A stretch of DNA of 64,000 bases from Styela clava. Lineage: Eukaryota. Position 1 is the stretch's first letter, and every line of letters begins with the position of its first letter. The stretch lies in assembly GCF_964204865.1 (NCBI RefSeq), contig NC_135259.1:4464001-4528000 (forward strand). The letters run 5' to 3'. The notes beneath the pieces were generated by a model that did no database searches, was not told where the DNA came from, and saw only the letters and a program-made list of their open reading frames with translations. Both the position numbers and the translations under genes were made by a program. Positions 1 to 12,300 of the stretch are shown in pieces.

Positions 1-3000
1 GGTTTGTCAATTCCACTATTTTGTGACAACATGGAGGAAAATATTGCACGACTATTCTGTAATTTGTGAGAAGATGTGGATTCATGGTGTTCTAGAGCGC
101 TTGATCCTGGAGAGAAGTTCAAATTCTTTTTAGCGACTGGCATAACCCTTTCCTTGCTAATAGGCAATGAGGGACAATTTCTGTTTTGCCCTTGATCTGA
201 AAAATCTAGCCTTTGTTTCGTTTTGGAACGTCGTTGTTTTGCCAAAGAAACTTCTTCCAATTCAGAAGATCTTGCTTTCTTTTCTGGACTGGAACTCGTG
301 AAATCTTCAGTATTTGAAGATCTGTTTTGTGTAAATCTTTCTGTTAATGTCAATTTTCGTTTTGAACTTTCTTTTTTAGCACTCGATTTCCTCTTTATCA
401 GCATAGGATGGTTGATTCTTGAAGCTGTTGGAGAGGAAAACAGCCAGCTGTAAAGCAAAAAACAACAATTTCAAGAAAAATACACCGGTATAAAAACAAA
501 GGTTATATGTGTAGCCTATATATGTATATTAAAACGGTGATATCTGTCATGACTCCCTTGATGACCTATGAAAAATTTATTTTTTACGTCAATATCAAAA
601 TGCTACTACAAACTAGGTTTTACTAAATTATTTGAACTTATTATAAACATCAAAAAAACCCAAATATTCTCACACTAATATCCCTACTAAATCTCTCAAT
701 ATGTTAATATACAAATACAATAATAATAATAAATCTAACCTCGAGTCTTGATTCTGTACTGCTTCTTTTGGTTGCTTAACGACAAATATTTCACTGTTTG
801 TTGGCGATGAACTTTGGTCAAGCTCGAACAGTGGATGTACAGAAGAAACTTCCCGGTTCTGAAAATCAAGCACATAGCAAATTCAACTATGTACCAGAGA
901 TGGGCCACAACTACAGAATTTAGTATTATGAAAATTTTTCATACTAAATGTAAGTTTTCATCGAATTTAAACAAATCAAGGTTATATTTATATAAATAAA
1001 ATAAACATAAAAAAGAGAAATAATCATCGAAATATATTCAAACCAGATTTTAATCAGACTCAGGCATTTCCGAAGCAAATCAAAACGTTTAATAATTCTA
1101 TATTAATTACACTTCACATAAAAATTCTTGATTTTAGGAGTTCATTTATTTGAAAATTTATATAAAAAATTCATTAAATTTTCCAAAACTGTAAACATGT
1201 TGAAATACCATTTGAAGAATGGTTTTGATATCTGAGACCCATTGCTCACCACTGCAACTCTGCAGTATCGCTTAAATCAGATAGGCTTATTCAATATATA
1301 GAATATATCATTTTTATATTGTTATATTGTTCAAAAACAAGCGAGACCTCGCAATAGCCTACCTGCGAATTGGGTGAGAACTTTAAACCTTGATAGAAAT
1401 TTCCAAAAATAGCTGCTAAGTGAAAAAAACATTTGATACCCTCCAACCCTCATAAAATAAGAATTCAATACAACCAAGTACCAGTTTGTTCAAAGACTAC
1501 TAACTAGAATGTCAAATGAAACTAGATGACTGACTTGCTTTTCCATCACGAAATGATCAAATTATTTTACCTGTAGAATATTGATTGAACTTTTTTGCTC
1601 CTTATCAGATCCCAAGTCTTTATTGAATGAGAGTCTAAAACAATACAATAAATACTTTAGATAGGTGGCACGGGATGGAGGACCACACATGACATTTTGA
1701 TTTTATGAAAACCTCATCAAAATTCAATATAATTTTATGGGAACAATCACCCCGTAAAAGGGACTCTATAGTTTAGCTAGATCTATGAGCAGGTGGCCTA
1801 GTGGTCATTAAAGCATTAGACTAGACTAGTAATTCTCAAACTTTTCAAGCCAATAGAATAACAATAAATATCCAGTTATTGATCTATCCAGAGCAGGTAG
1901 GGAATAGTAATTAACTGTATAATATGAAGTCAACACAGTGATCTTTGCATAAAAATATATCTCTCAACATCAAATCAATATCATACCTTCTCCTCAGCAA
2001 TGAATTTTGTGAATGTTTTGGAGTTAGAGCCGGTGAAGCCACATATGACATCTTTGATCCCGATTTTGTTGCACTTATCACTGTCAAAAAATAGAAAGTA
2101 TTATTGAGCTTCTACTGTATTCTGTATTTCTATGAGTCTTGATACATATTGTATTCTCGTAAATGAGTAACATTTAAATTTATCATATTATAAAAAAATG
2201 CTCCCCTCAGAATGCTGCTATATTTATGAAATAGGTTAAAAAATGTCAGTTTAGTAAAACTATAACTATCAGTTGTGGTTATGCAAGACTCACTACGTGG
2301 TATATGCCTTTGTGCAGGTGGACTGTGTATAATACAAGGATGTCTTAGTAAGAATAAAGAAAAATTTTTGTCTGACATCATATAGAAAAACATCTAAGTT
2401 AGTGTGCAACAAGACTTTTGAATCACATACGATAAAAACTAGATTGTTAATTTTAATAAACCAGATTGGAACCAATTGCTATAAACCAGAGCTAATCAAT
2501 TTCTGGAAAGACCGGACCCAAATAATTTTGAAGTTTAAAGTAATTTACTGTATTGAAAAGAAAAAAACTTACTTTTGGTGTACTTCTGTATAATGTTGTT
2601 AGATGAAACCACCTAAAAGAAAAAAAAATATTCAAAAACGATTCCTAATGTTGACGAGTATATACATATCATATCATAATTGCTAAATTAAAAAAAATCA
2701 CCCTTCGTTCTGGCGAGGAGTGATAATCTGTGGAAACTCCTTCATGAATGTATGGTGACCCATAGGATTTAGCCACACTCTTACGTGATGACACAATCTT
2801 TTCAAACAAGTGTGAGGAATCTTCAGGTGACATGAGTGTCGCAATTGAATCTGAAAAAAAAATGAAAATATGTCAAAATTTTATGAGCACCAGTTTCTAA
2901 ACAGAGCAGTTGTTAATTAATGCAGCAGTTCCCAAAGGGTGCACCGCGGCGCAGTAGTGCGCAGAATTATGTTATACAGAACTAAAATATGATTGAATAT

Positions 3001-6000
3001 CTTATATATTGTATTTATTAGAAAAGTTTTATTGTTTCCTATTTTAAATGTTGTGTATATGAATCAATAAATTCATTTTACCTTTCCATGTCGATTACTT
3101 TCTGTTACGTAACAATAAATATAGACACTACTTGCTGCAATTTTGTGAGTTGCAGTTTATTTATCTGACGAACGGAGTTTAGTGAAAATGACAAACTTAC
3201 ACAAAATGACAAACTTACAAACTTTAAAAGGCGTGACGTACACAATAACACAACGGTCACAAAATTGAGTTTTATTTAAACGCAGCATTTTTTTTCGTGT
3301 AAATGCGCTGTGAGTTTTTCCCCTGATAATTTGCTGTGCACAAACAAAAAGTTGACGTATGTGTTTATTCAACATTACCAGATTCCTTTAGTTTATTTCG
3401 CTGGCTAGTTTTTTTTATTTGATGGTGTGATGATCTCCTTTTTTCACTATGCTGTGTCGACTGATCAACAAACATCTTGCTTGTATCTGTGGAAGAAAAT
3501 GGTATACTTGATAAAAAGCAAAAACCATGAACATGTACAGCGGGTCACACCTTCACTCAACATAGGCTTTCTAGTGGTTGCATGTGCAAAAGTTTAGGTT
3601 ATTGATATTATGACATGCGATGTTCGCTTCGCACAAGCTGTAAAGGCATTGTAACGTCAGAGGCATAGATAATAAATTACCCGCATGTACCAGATTACAC
3701 TTAATGGGCCGCAAACCCTTCAAAACTGTCACTTCTCCACGGGGTGCACAATACGTCCATGTGCGTCGCATTTGGCCCGCCGGCCGCAGGTTGCACACCC
3801 CTGAATTATGTTATTGATTATGGCGCTTCAATAATCAAAAACTTTTTTTTTCTTGCTATTACCTAACTGGTTTTTAGTTACAAGATCATTCATTACCAGA
3901 TTTATTTTTATTCTTTTCCTGGCTTGATTCGTTCTTCTGTGATTGTGATGTTGCTCTCATTTCCACAACGTCGTCAGAATACGAGTGTTGTATTGACTGA
4001 TCCACTAACGTTCTTCTAATGACTGGAGGGGAATGTTGAACAGACTGGTCAACAAAGGTCTTGCTTGTTGCTGCGGAAAAAAGACCGAATAATTGTTTAA
4101 TAGTATCCCTATTGAGAAGCAGCTCAATAAAAAACAATGATTTGTCTTATTCTATGGCCGCAATCCACAATGCATTAATTATTTTACTTCTATTTTTTGG
4201 CTTTCTATTTATACTAAGGCAAATGAAATAACTGATGAAAACAAAATTGTTTTTTATTGAAAAGCAGGGGCAGTGTTGAAGTCTCTGAAAGGGGGTCGCA
4301 GATTATGAAAGTCCACTTGTTCAGACTTGCGCATAAATAAATTTACTCTGCCAGATATTAAACTACACATGAATTATGATGTTTTTTAGGAGAGACAGGG
4401 CTTTCCAAACCTTTAAGCTCGCAATTCCTGCCAATACATGGAAATTTTCTGCGGTCCCCGCTTCTCATTCAAAATTTTTCTATGTCACTCCTTGGGTCTT
4501 GCGATTGAAGTCGGCATTGTTATGCAAGCGCCGCTTCTCTGATCATATGTATGGTCTCGTAATCGTGAGACTTATGTTTTGCGCTAGTTTTCATAATTGT
4601 GTTACGAATCAAAAGTTTAAAAAAGTACAATACATATAGTACTTCGTGCGACCTCTTCGTGACCCCTAAAATACATTGAGCCCCCCTGCCCCAACTGGGT
4701 CGCGACATCCAGTTTGGGAAACCCGGGTTTGGAAAACAAAATAGAAGACGTTATAGCTTACATGATCCAGGATCCAAATTTTGTATTTGAGTCGCTTCCG
4801 CCACTGTAACGCCATCGTCAATGCAGTCTCCACTGTCACTACTGTTATCAAATGCAGGAGGGTCCGGAATGCTAACAGATTTTACTGAAACCTGCGTGAA
4901 ATTGAGGATTAGGAACTATAGGTATCTGAATAGAGCAGTTTAAAATATATGCTCAAAAAAAATTTGTGACCAGAGATTAATTCCTCATTGTCACCATCAC
5001 CCACAGTTGGCACATTACATTGGGTAAGATATGTCAACTCAGATATTACTGCTATGTTATTGTTGATATTGGAGTGGTAGAGCGTAGAGGTATTTTGAAT
5101 TTTTCGTTCAAAGTCAGAATTTCAGACTTGATAGTGATAATTTTAGTGAAAATTCCACATGGAAGATCGAGGAGCATTTAAAACAAACAATTAAAAAAGT
5201 ATTGCATACGCCAACATTTTTAATTCACTTCAACCCGAAGTATTTTTTGATGATTTTTTTGCAAAAATTTATGCATTGTTCTACTTTAGGTTTCGTCCAA
5301 AGATTCTTGATCTGATAGCTTTGATTTACTATAACGTTCCCAAATGAAATATTATTCTTGAGACCATGATGCAACACAAAACTTATCATCCCCAAGGATG
5401 ATTTATATTATAGATGAATAGATTGTGCCTCAAAGATACATATTTAGCACTAAAATCATGAACTCACCGGTACAGATGCCCTTGAAGTATTCAAGTTCAC
5501 AGATGAATCTGTAAAGGAATAATAAATTAAAGGAACAGATGTACTGTGAAAAATTAGCATCACGCAGATGAAATAAGTGAGAAAGTAATATCTTTCAACT
5601 TCTAAGGCTGACAAAGGCAAACTACGGCCCGTGGGCCAAATCCGGCCCATTGGGTAATTCAATCTGGCACGCCTGATGCTGCCACAACCAAACTTAAAAC
5701 AAATTTTGATGTTTGAACTAAAAAAATAGCTCAAGTATTTGTTGATATTGCGATTAAATTTAGTTTTTGCACAAGGCTAATTGTTTTCCCTTTTTGCTTG
5801 TGTAACACTGAGAATATTGTTCATAAAATGTAACTTTATATCAAATTATATGTCACACTTACATGGCCCGCTAGTCAAGGAGGGGAAAATTTTTGGCCCT
5901 TGATCCAAAAACCTTGCCCACCCCTGTTCTAAAGCAACGTATATATAGCAGGGGTGGGAAACATACGACCTGCGACGAGATTTCGACCGGCACGATGACT

Positions 6001-7498
6001 GTTCATCAGTACATTATAATATTTCATTATTACACTTTTAGTACAATATGATAAATTCATTTGTGTTTTTTGGTCTCTATTTTTTGTAAAGTTTACACTT
6101 TACTTTAAACATGATTTATAACTTTCTTTCTTGCATTAGGGAATGAATATGTGATTAAGATATTGTATACTACTCATGTTATAATCCGGCCCACCAAGGA
6201 CTTCATTTTCCCACATCCAGCCCGCCGACTAGAGAAGTTGCCCACCCGTGGTATACAGAGTATTACTGTTGCCTAATTAACTCGTCCACTTCTCATGTTT
6301 TTAAACTACTAGATTCATACATAAATGAGGATATGTTGTAATATGTCAGTAATTTTACCAAACTTTTGCTGTAATATGCACTGGAAGAAAACATTTCAAT
6401 AAATTCATGTTTTTTTATTTGTATACAACATACCTGATGAATCGAGTGACTTGAAAAGTGATGATGTATCATGCATACCACCAATTTTAATAATCTTTCC
6501 TGTACGCCTGAAAGAAGAATAAGCTATAAATTTTTACTTGAAATGAAAAAAATTTCAAATATTAAAAGATAGTTCACTTTTGTTTACTTAGGTATTGTCC
6601 AAAAATAAATAGCATATAAATATACACCTGTTTCAGAATAAATTTTATTTTTCTGTATTACTTCATTTGTAAATTTCATTAGTTACGTGATGGTATCATC
6701 ACTTATAACAAGTTATAAATACTAATTGACAAAATTTGTGCAATCTTTCCCCAGTCAAATACATTACTTATTAATTCAACATACTTCCCAATATTACTTT
6801 TCTGATAAGCTCGAGATCGTTGTGACTTAATTCTTCCTCTTTTTTTGTTCAACTAAAAAATAAAATATCGAAATTATATAAATATTAAGAAACAATACAC
6901 AGACAATTTACTACATAGCACAAATTATACTCTTGTGGTTGCAAATGATGCACATATGGTTTGTTTAAAAAAAAGGTCAAGGTTCAAACTCTAATGTAGT
7001 CTGTAAACTATATAAAATTCTTTTCAATATAGTATAGTGTGCACATAACAGAGTTGCAGAGTTTTACATTATTTTGCCAGCACCTGAATCCAAGTACATT
7101 TTTCAAACTCTCAGGATTGACAAGTTCATATTTTTATAAGTGAGATCAAAATCAAGATTTTTTAGCATAAAAACTGAAAAGAGACTACCGGTATAATATA
7201 CGGTAATATCAGATATTTGAAACATAGTCTAATAAAAATATGCACTCCTCAATTTTTTTTTTTTTTTCAGAATTTGGAGCTCAAGTCAAATTTTCTTTAA
7301 ATTGGACCATTTAAAAAGCGTGGAGAACTTATAAAACGAACTCATTATAAACCGAATCTAGGTACTTGAACTATTTTCTCCTATGAACAAAAAGTTTTAC
7401 AATGAAAACAAAAGCATATCGTTTTCACTAAATTTGGTTTAAAAGTATTTCATTTGGAATACACATACCTCCTGAACATATTTTACTATGTCTTCCAT
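1..7498 (-). CDS. Spliced gene, 5' part (about 476 aa in window, continues past left edge); S/P-rich protein, candidate centromere protein C (CENP-C/Mif2)-like
   Basis: Phase-consistent GT-AG coding exons on minus: 7469-7498, 6785-6852, 6434-6507, 5468-5508, 4762-4891, 3897-4070, 2702-2850, 2573-2612, 1987-2080, 1571-1634, 740-858, 1-447; an optional in-frame exon is possible at 1209-1259. Translation starts MEDIVKYVQELNKKRGRIKSQRSRAYQKSNIGKRTGKIIKIGGMHDTSSLFKS and stays open to position 1. The gene itself is well supported; the CENP-C identity rests only on recalled motif similarity (about 0.45). Confidence 0.8.
2923..3803. mobile_element. Degraded non-autonomous hAT-type element(s) in intron
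   Basis: Left end CAGCAGTTCCCAAA and right end GGCCCGCGGCCGCAGGTTGCACACCCCTG are typical hAT/Charlie ends. No clean TSD; may be a composite. Confidence 0.5.
4396..4726. mobile_element. Degraded hAT (Charlie-like) MITE
   Basis: Ends CAGGGCTTTCCAAAC ... GGGTCGCGACATCCAGTTTGGGAAACCCGG form an imperfect terminal inverted repeat. Confidence 0.5.
5608..5926 (+). mobile_element. hAT MITE family A, copy 1 (about 310 bp)
   Basis: GGCAAACTACGGCCCGTGGGCCAAATCCGGCCC ... TTGCCCACCCCTG; flanks TTCTAAGG/TTCTAAAG give an 8-bp TSD with 1 mismatch. Homologous copies at 39466, 44724 and 52610. Confidence 0.85.
5949..6250. mobile_element. hAT MITE (related ends, different internal sequence)
   Basis: CAGGGGTGGGAAAC ... 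GTTGCCCACCCGTG; flanks ATATATAG/GTATACAG look like a degenerate 8-bp TSD. Confidence 0.7.
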
Positions 7499-9376
7499 CG
7501 TTTTTGGAATGTTATGAAAGAACAAAAATTCAATGCACTTTCAGAATGGAAAATTTCTTTTCCTCTGGCTTCTTTTGCAAAACACAGAATATAACACAGT
7601 TGAAATCAATTTCTAAACTACTTATAGCGATGAAGTAAAACGTGAAAAACCATAACCTAGACAAAAAAAATTTATACAAAATTAACAATCCAAGAACATC
7701 GAAGACATTTACAAAAGTTACCAACTACAAAAATCAAAACAGGCAGTGGTGGAAAAAAAATCAAAATCGAACAGAACACAAACATAGAACCATCTTTCAT
7801 TTAACCCAGATCATTCGGAAGGTGTATACAGAATCCAAAATAGTATTATACATCTGAATGGCTTACCAAAGATAAATTAAGCACGAAATGTAGATGAATG
7901 GAGCATTTTTCAACAGTTCAAAGAATACATTGGATAATGTATTTAGGTGTATAACACAGCAGCGTAAATAAAAAGTATATGTTTTATATTATCACACCAT
8001 GAACCCACGCTAACCAGATACTTAATGCTTTATATTTATAAGAGGCTACCAGATATGTGGACTATCCGCACAATTATTAAGAATTGTACACAAGCCATAT
8101 TGGAAGAGTATAATGTGGGCCAATTTTTAAGTCTAGCAACCAACAACTACATACAATTTAAGCACATGTAATTCAAAAATGAAGAAAGATTCAGTCAATA
8201 AATCTGATTAGTTATGCAATTACAACCAAATTCATGATTTTGTTGTTACCGCAACTAATTGGCCTACTAGAATGGCCATATCTGAAAATGCGAATATATT
8301 GCAAAACAATAGATTTGTGGATGAAATATATATTATTGGTTCAGAAAAAAGTTCGATACATTCACTAAAATTGACTTTTAAAATATGAAAAATTTCGTAC
8401 AGGCCGTTTTAATTGGATTTCTACAGCAATCAATTTTGAATAAGCATTAGACAGTCTGAACATCAGATGCCAATTGCACAAAATTGTATATTTTCATTAA
8501 AAAATTATCAAAATTCGACCAGAATTTACTATATTCAATATACCTAATTTCAAATATATTCGAACATTTAATTCATTTTGGACTAACCAGTATACCAGTA
8601 CAAAAATATACTGGTACATGTTTTAAAAGTAATCTGAACATTGACATTTGGAACATATAACACAGATATAATTCTAGAATTATCTGGACATACAGCACCA
8701 GTCGAACTTGATTTATAAACAGCATCAAAACATAATAAAAATCAGGTTGCCATTAGCAATATGGAATAAACTTCAGGAGTTTCATCATTAGTACTGCAAG
8801 TAAATAGAACATTCAAAAAATAAAGCCAGTTTACTACTGGTGGTAATTATCACAAAATAAGCCAACTTTCAAAATTGGAACATTTAGGTTTTGAAGAAAA
8901 CAATTTCAGAATCTTGGAGAGGGGTCTGACCAACTTCTGAGCAATAGCTATCCATAAATAGATTATTGCAAAATTCCCAAAACCAGGTCATGTTAGATAA
9001 AAAAAAAAGTCACTGGTGACTACAGCAAGATTTAGTATTCTAATGAAATGTTTCTGAGCCACGCAAGTAGTGGATTTAACAATAATCATTCATCTTCACG
9101 TGATACCGGTAAATTTGGCCAAATCACAACAAGATGAGTATTTTTGTATTGCATTTATAGCAATCTATACTTCTATAGCCTTATATAGGATATGAATGAA
9201 CTGCATTTTTGAAGCAAACATTCACATATCCTGAAACGAATGAAACAAGCTTCAATGCATGAGTTTTCCAGACTTTCAGTCTAATGCTCTTTCAACAACT
9301 AATCAAAATATTTGTCACCAATCATACAATAAAAAGTCATATTTTGTAAAAACATGAAAACTTTAAAATGGTCCCA

Positions 9377-12300
9377 TTATCCATGCATTGTATCATCTTC
9401 CACAAATTCTCTTGCTTCCTCTTTAGAAATTGTTCGAACGAGGGAAACTTTATTTCTATAGATAACTCCATAAAACTTGTCAGCAGCTTCCAGCAACTCT
9501 GGTCTAAAAGTAGTTGTGATAAATTGTGCGGACTGGCATAAATCCTTGATCATATTTGCGACTGAAGATCTGTGGGCGGGGTCAAGCGCTTGATCAATCT
9601 CATCAAACAAATAGAAAGGTGCGGGATCGCACTTTTGTATAGCAAAAATCAGTGCAAGAGCGACCAATGATTTCTGCCCACCAGACAGCTGTTGCATTTC
9701 TCGTGTCTCTGCTGCCTTACCAGAGAATGATACTTTGATTCCGACGCCGACAAACTGGTCCACGATCGAGGCAGATGGTTCACTTTCTGCGTCACCATCG
9801 GGTTGCGATTGATTTTCACCTTTCTTCATGATCAAAGTTGCTTTTCCACCAGGAACTAATTTCACAAATACGTCACTAAAATTCTTTGAAACTTGTCTAA
9901 AAGTGAATTGAATCGCTTCGTACTTTTGATGTTCCATATGCTCCATGAGATTCAAAATTGCTTGTTTTCCTCTGTCAACTTCCTCCTTCCTCTTTAGCAG
10001 TTTCTCCTTCTGTTCTGAAAAAGAGACAAATTGGTCGAGAGCTTTTTTATTTACGTGAGAATATTTTTTCAACTCTTGATTGCACTCATCCAGACGCTTC
10101 ATTAACTGACGTACACTGAGCCCTTGATATTTGTCAAATGAATCCTGCGGCAAAGAGCCGAGATCACGAATTTTTCTCATGCTCTCGTCTTTCTTTTTAA
10201 TCAGCATACTTTGCTTGTTCGTTACTTTCTCCAGCTCTCTTGCATCATCGGTGATTTTTTCTCTCATTTCACGTTCCTTTGATCTCAAATCTTCAACTTT
10301 TGCTGACAGATTTCCTTGATCTCGTTCTAGCTTCATGACTTCAGTTTCCAGTTCTTTCAATCTCGCATCAGTTGAACGAAGTTTTTCTTCTGTAATGGTT
10401 CGGTCTTTATCACTCTGTTCCAGTTTTTGTTTTCTGACATCAACGGAAAGTTCTTGCATTTCCTGCATAAGTTGTTCCTTTCGTCTAACAAGATTATCTT
10501 CCAGTAAGTTCTGTAAGCTAGTTTTCTTCCCTTCCAATCTCACTCTTTGTCCCACTGCATCTTTGTGTTGAACAGTCAACTGTTTGATAAGATCATTTAA
10601 GCGATCAACTTCCATTTGATCTTCCGCGGATAGCTGTGATAATAAATTGGTCCCAACTTCCTCTTTAAGAGATTTTTCAGTCGACTTGAGGGCTTCGCAA
10701 TGAGTTTGAAGAGCAGCTAATGATCTTTCTTTTGGTTCTCGAGCACGTTGAGCTGCTTGCTGTTGTTCTTTCAGCATCCTTACATCTGCTTTCAATTTTT
10801 CGAAAACATCTTTATTTTTTTTATTTTTTGTTTCTAATTTCTGCAAATCATCCATTACTTTTGTGCTTTCGGCTTCAAGTTTTTGTTGTTCTCTCTTGTT
10901 ACTAGCAATCTCTTCTTGCTTTTCTTCCAATTTTGCATGAAGATCTTGTTTGGCAGTGTACAGATCAAGACGAGATTTTCTGTTATCAACATAACCACCA
11001 GTGAGAGCTCCACGACGACTCACTTGGTCGCCTTCCAGTGTTACACAATCCAATTGGTGAACTCGAGCGAGCTGAGTTGAAACTTCCATGCTGCGACAAA
11101 TTAAGGTTTTACCAAATACATATTTAATAGCGACTCCATAATCATCAGAAAATTGTAATTTACTTATCATAGGTATGGCATCCGATGTTTGCGGGTATTC
11201 AACGTCTCTAACTTCTAGTTTATTGAGTGGTAAAAATGTGACTTCACCAGGTAGTTTTTGTTGATTCATTTCATTGAGATATTTTGTACCGATTCGATCA
11301 GTGCTCACGACGTGATTGAATAATCTTCCTCCAGCAGTGACTTCAACACAAGTGAAGAAATTTTTTGAACATCTAAAGTTTTCCATTAACATACCTTTAT
11401 ACCCATCAACTAAATCTTGCTGACCTCTTTCAGAGAAGGTTTTCATTACTCTTTTGATGCTTTCGAGGCCATGAACAGTGGCCTTTCCTATAATTGAATT
11501 TAGAGTATGTTCTTTAGCTTTTATCTCAGAGGAAATCGAATCCAGTTCTTGCAGTATCTTTGATTCATCTCTCCATAATCTTTGTCTCTGTCCCTGTAAA
11601 TCATCCTTCAAACGCTTTAAATTTGTCGATTCTCTCGTGAGAGCATCCATCCTTGTTTTATGTTCTTGAATATTCAAATTTTTTTCTGAAATAGATTTCT
11701 GCAAAGTTTCTTGATTTTTTTGACTATTTTGGATTTCTTCTTGTAGGTTTGTGATCTGCGTTTGTTTGTCACGAACGCCACGTTCAAGCGTTCTCAATTC
11801 ATTTTTAATCCACGTATCTCTTTCTTCACGAGATCGAAATTGATTTCCACGACCTTGTTTTGCAAAAAGTTCTTTTCTTCTTTGCTCAGCAACTTTCAAT
11901 TCTTTTTCAGTTTCTCTTTCCAGTTTTTCCATTTCTTCATATTGCGGAGTGACTGCATTTAGTTCATCTGTCTTTTTCAGGATTCTTTCATTCATTCCAC
12001 CCAATTCAGCTTGCGCTTGCTCCAGGGAACGTTGATCGGATTCCATTTCTTCACGAAGATCAGTACAAGCAAGTTCCAGCTGTGCTTTTTTCTTGATCAA
12101 TTCTTGTCTATCAGAAGTTGCTAGATCTTTTTCTTCTGAAAGTTGATCGATACGAGTATTGACATTGGACAGTTGCTTTTGAGCGTCTTTAGTTTGCCTC
12201 TGTGCTTCTTCTTGCTGTTGTCTCAAATGCCTTGTTTGAAGTGAATTGTTTTCCCGTTTGTTTGAAAGAGTATCAAGTTTATTTCTGGTGTCTGTCAATT

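Noticed and set aside
2294-2343. Extra exon in the left gene (good donor at 2293)
   Set aside because: Available acceptors give 29 or 50 nt, both frameshifting.
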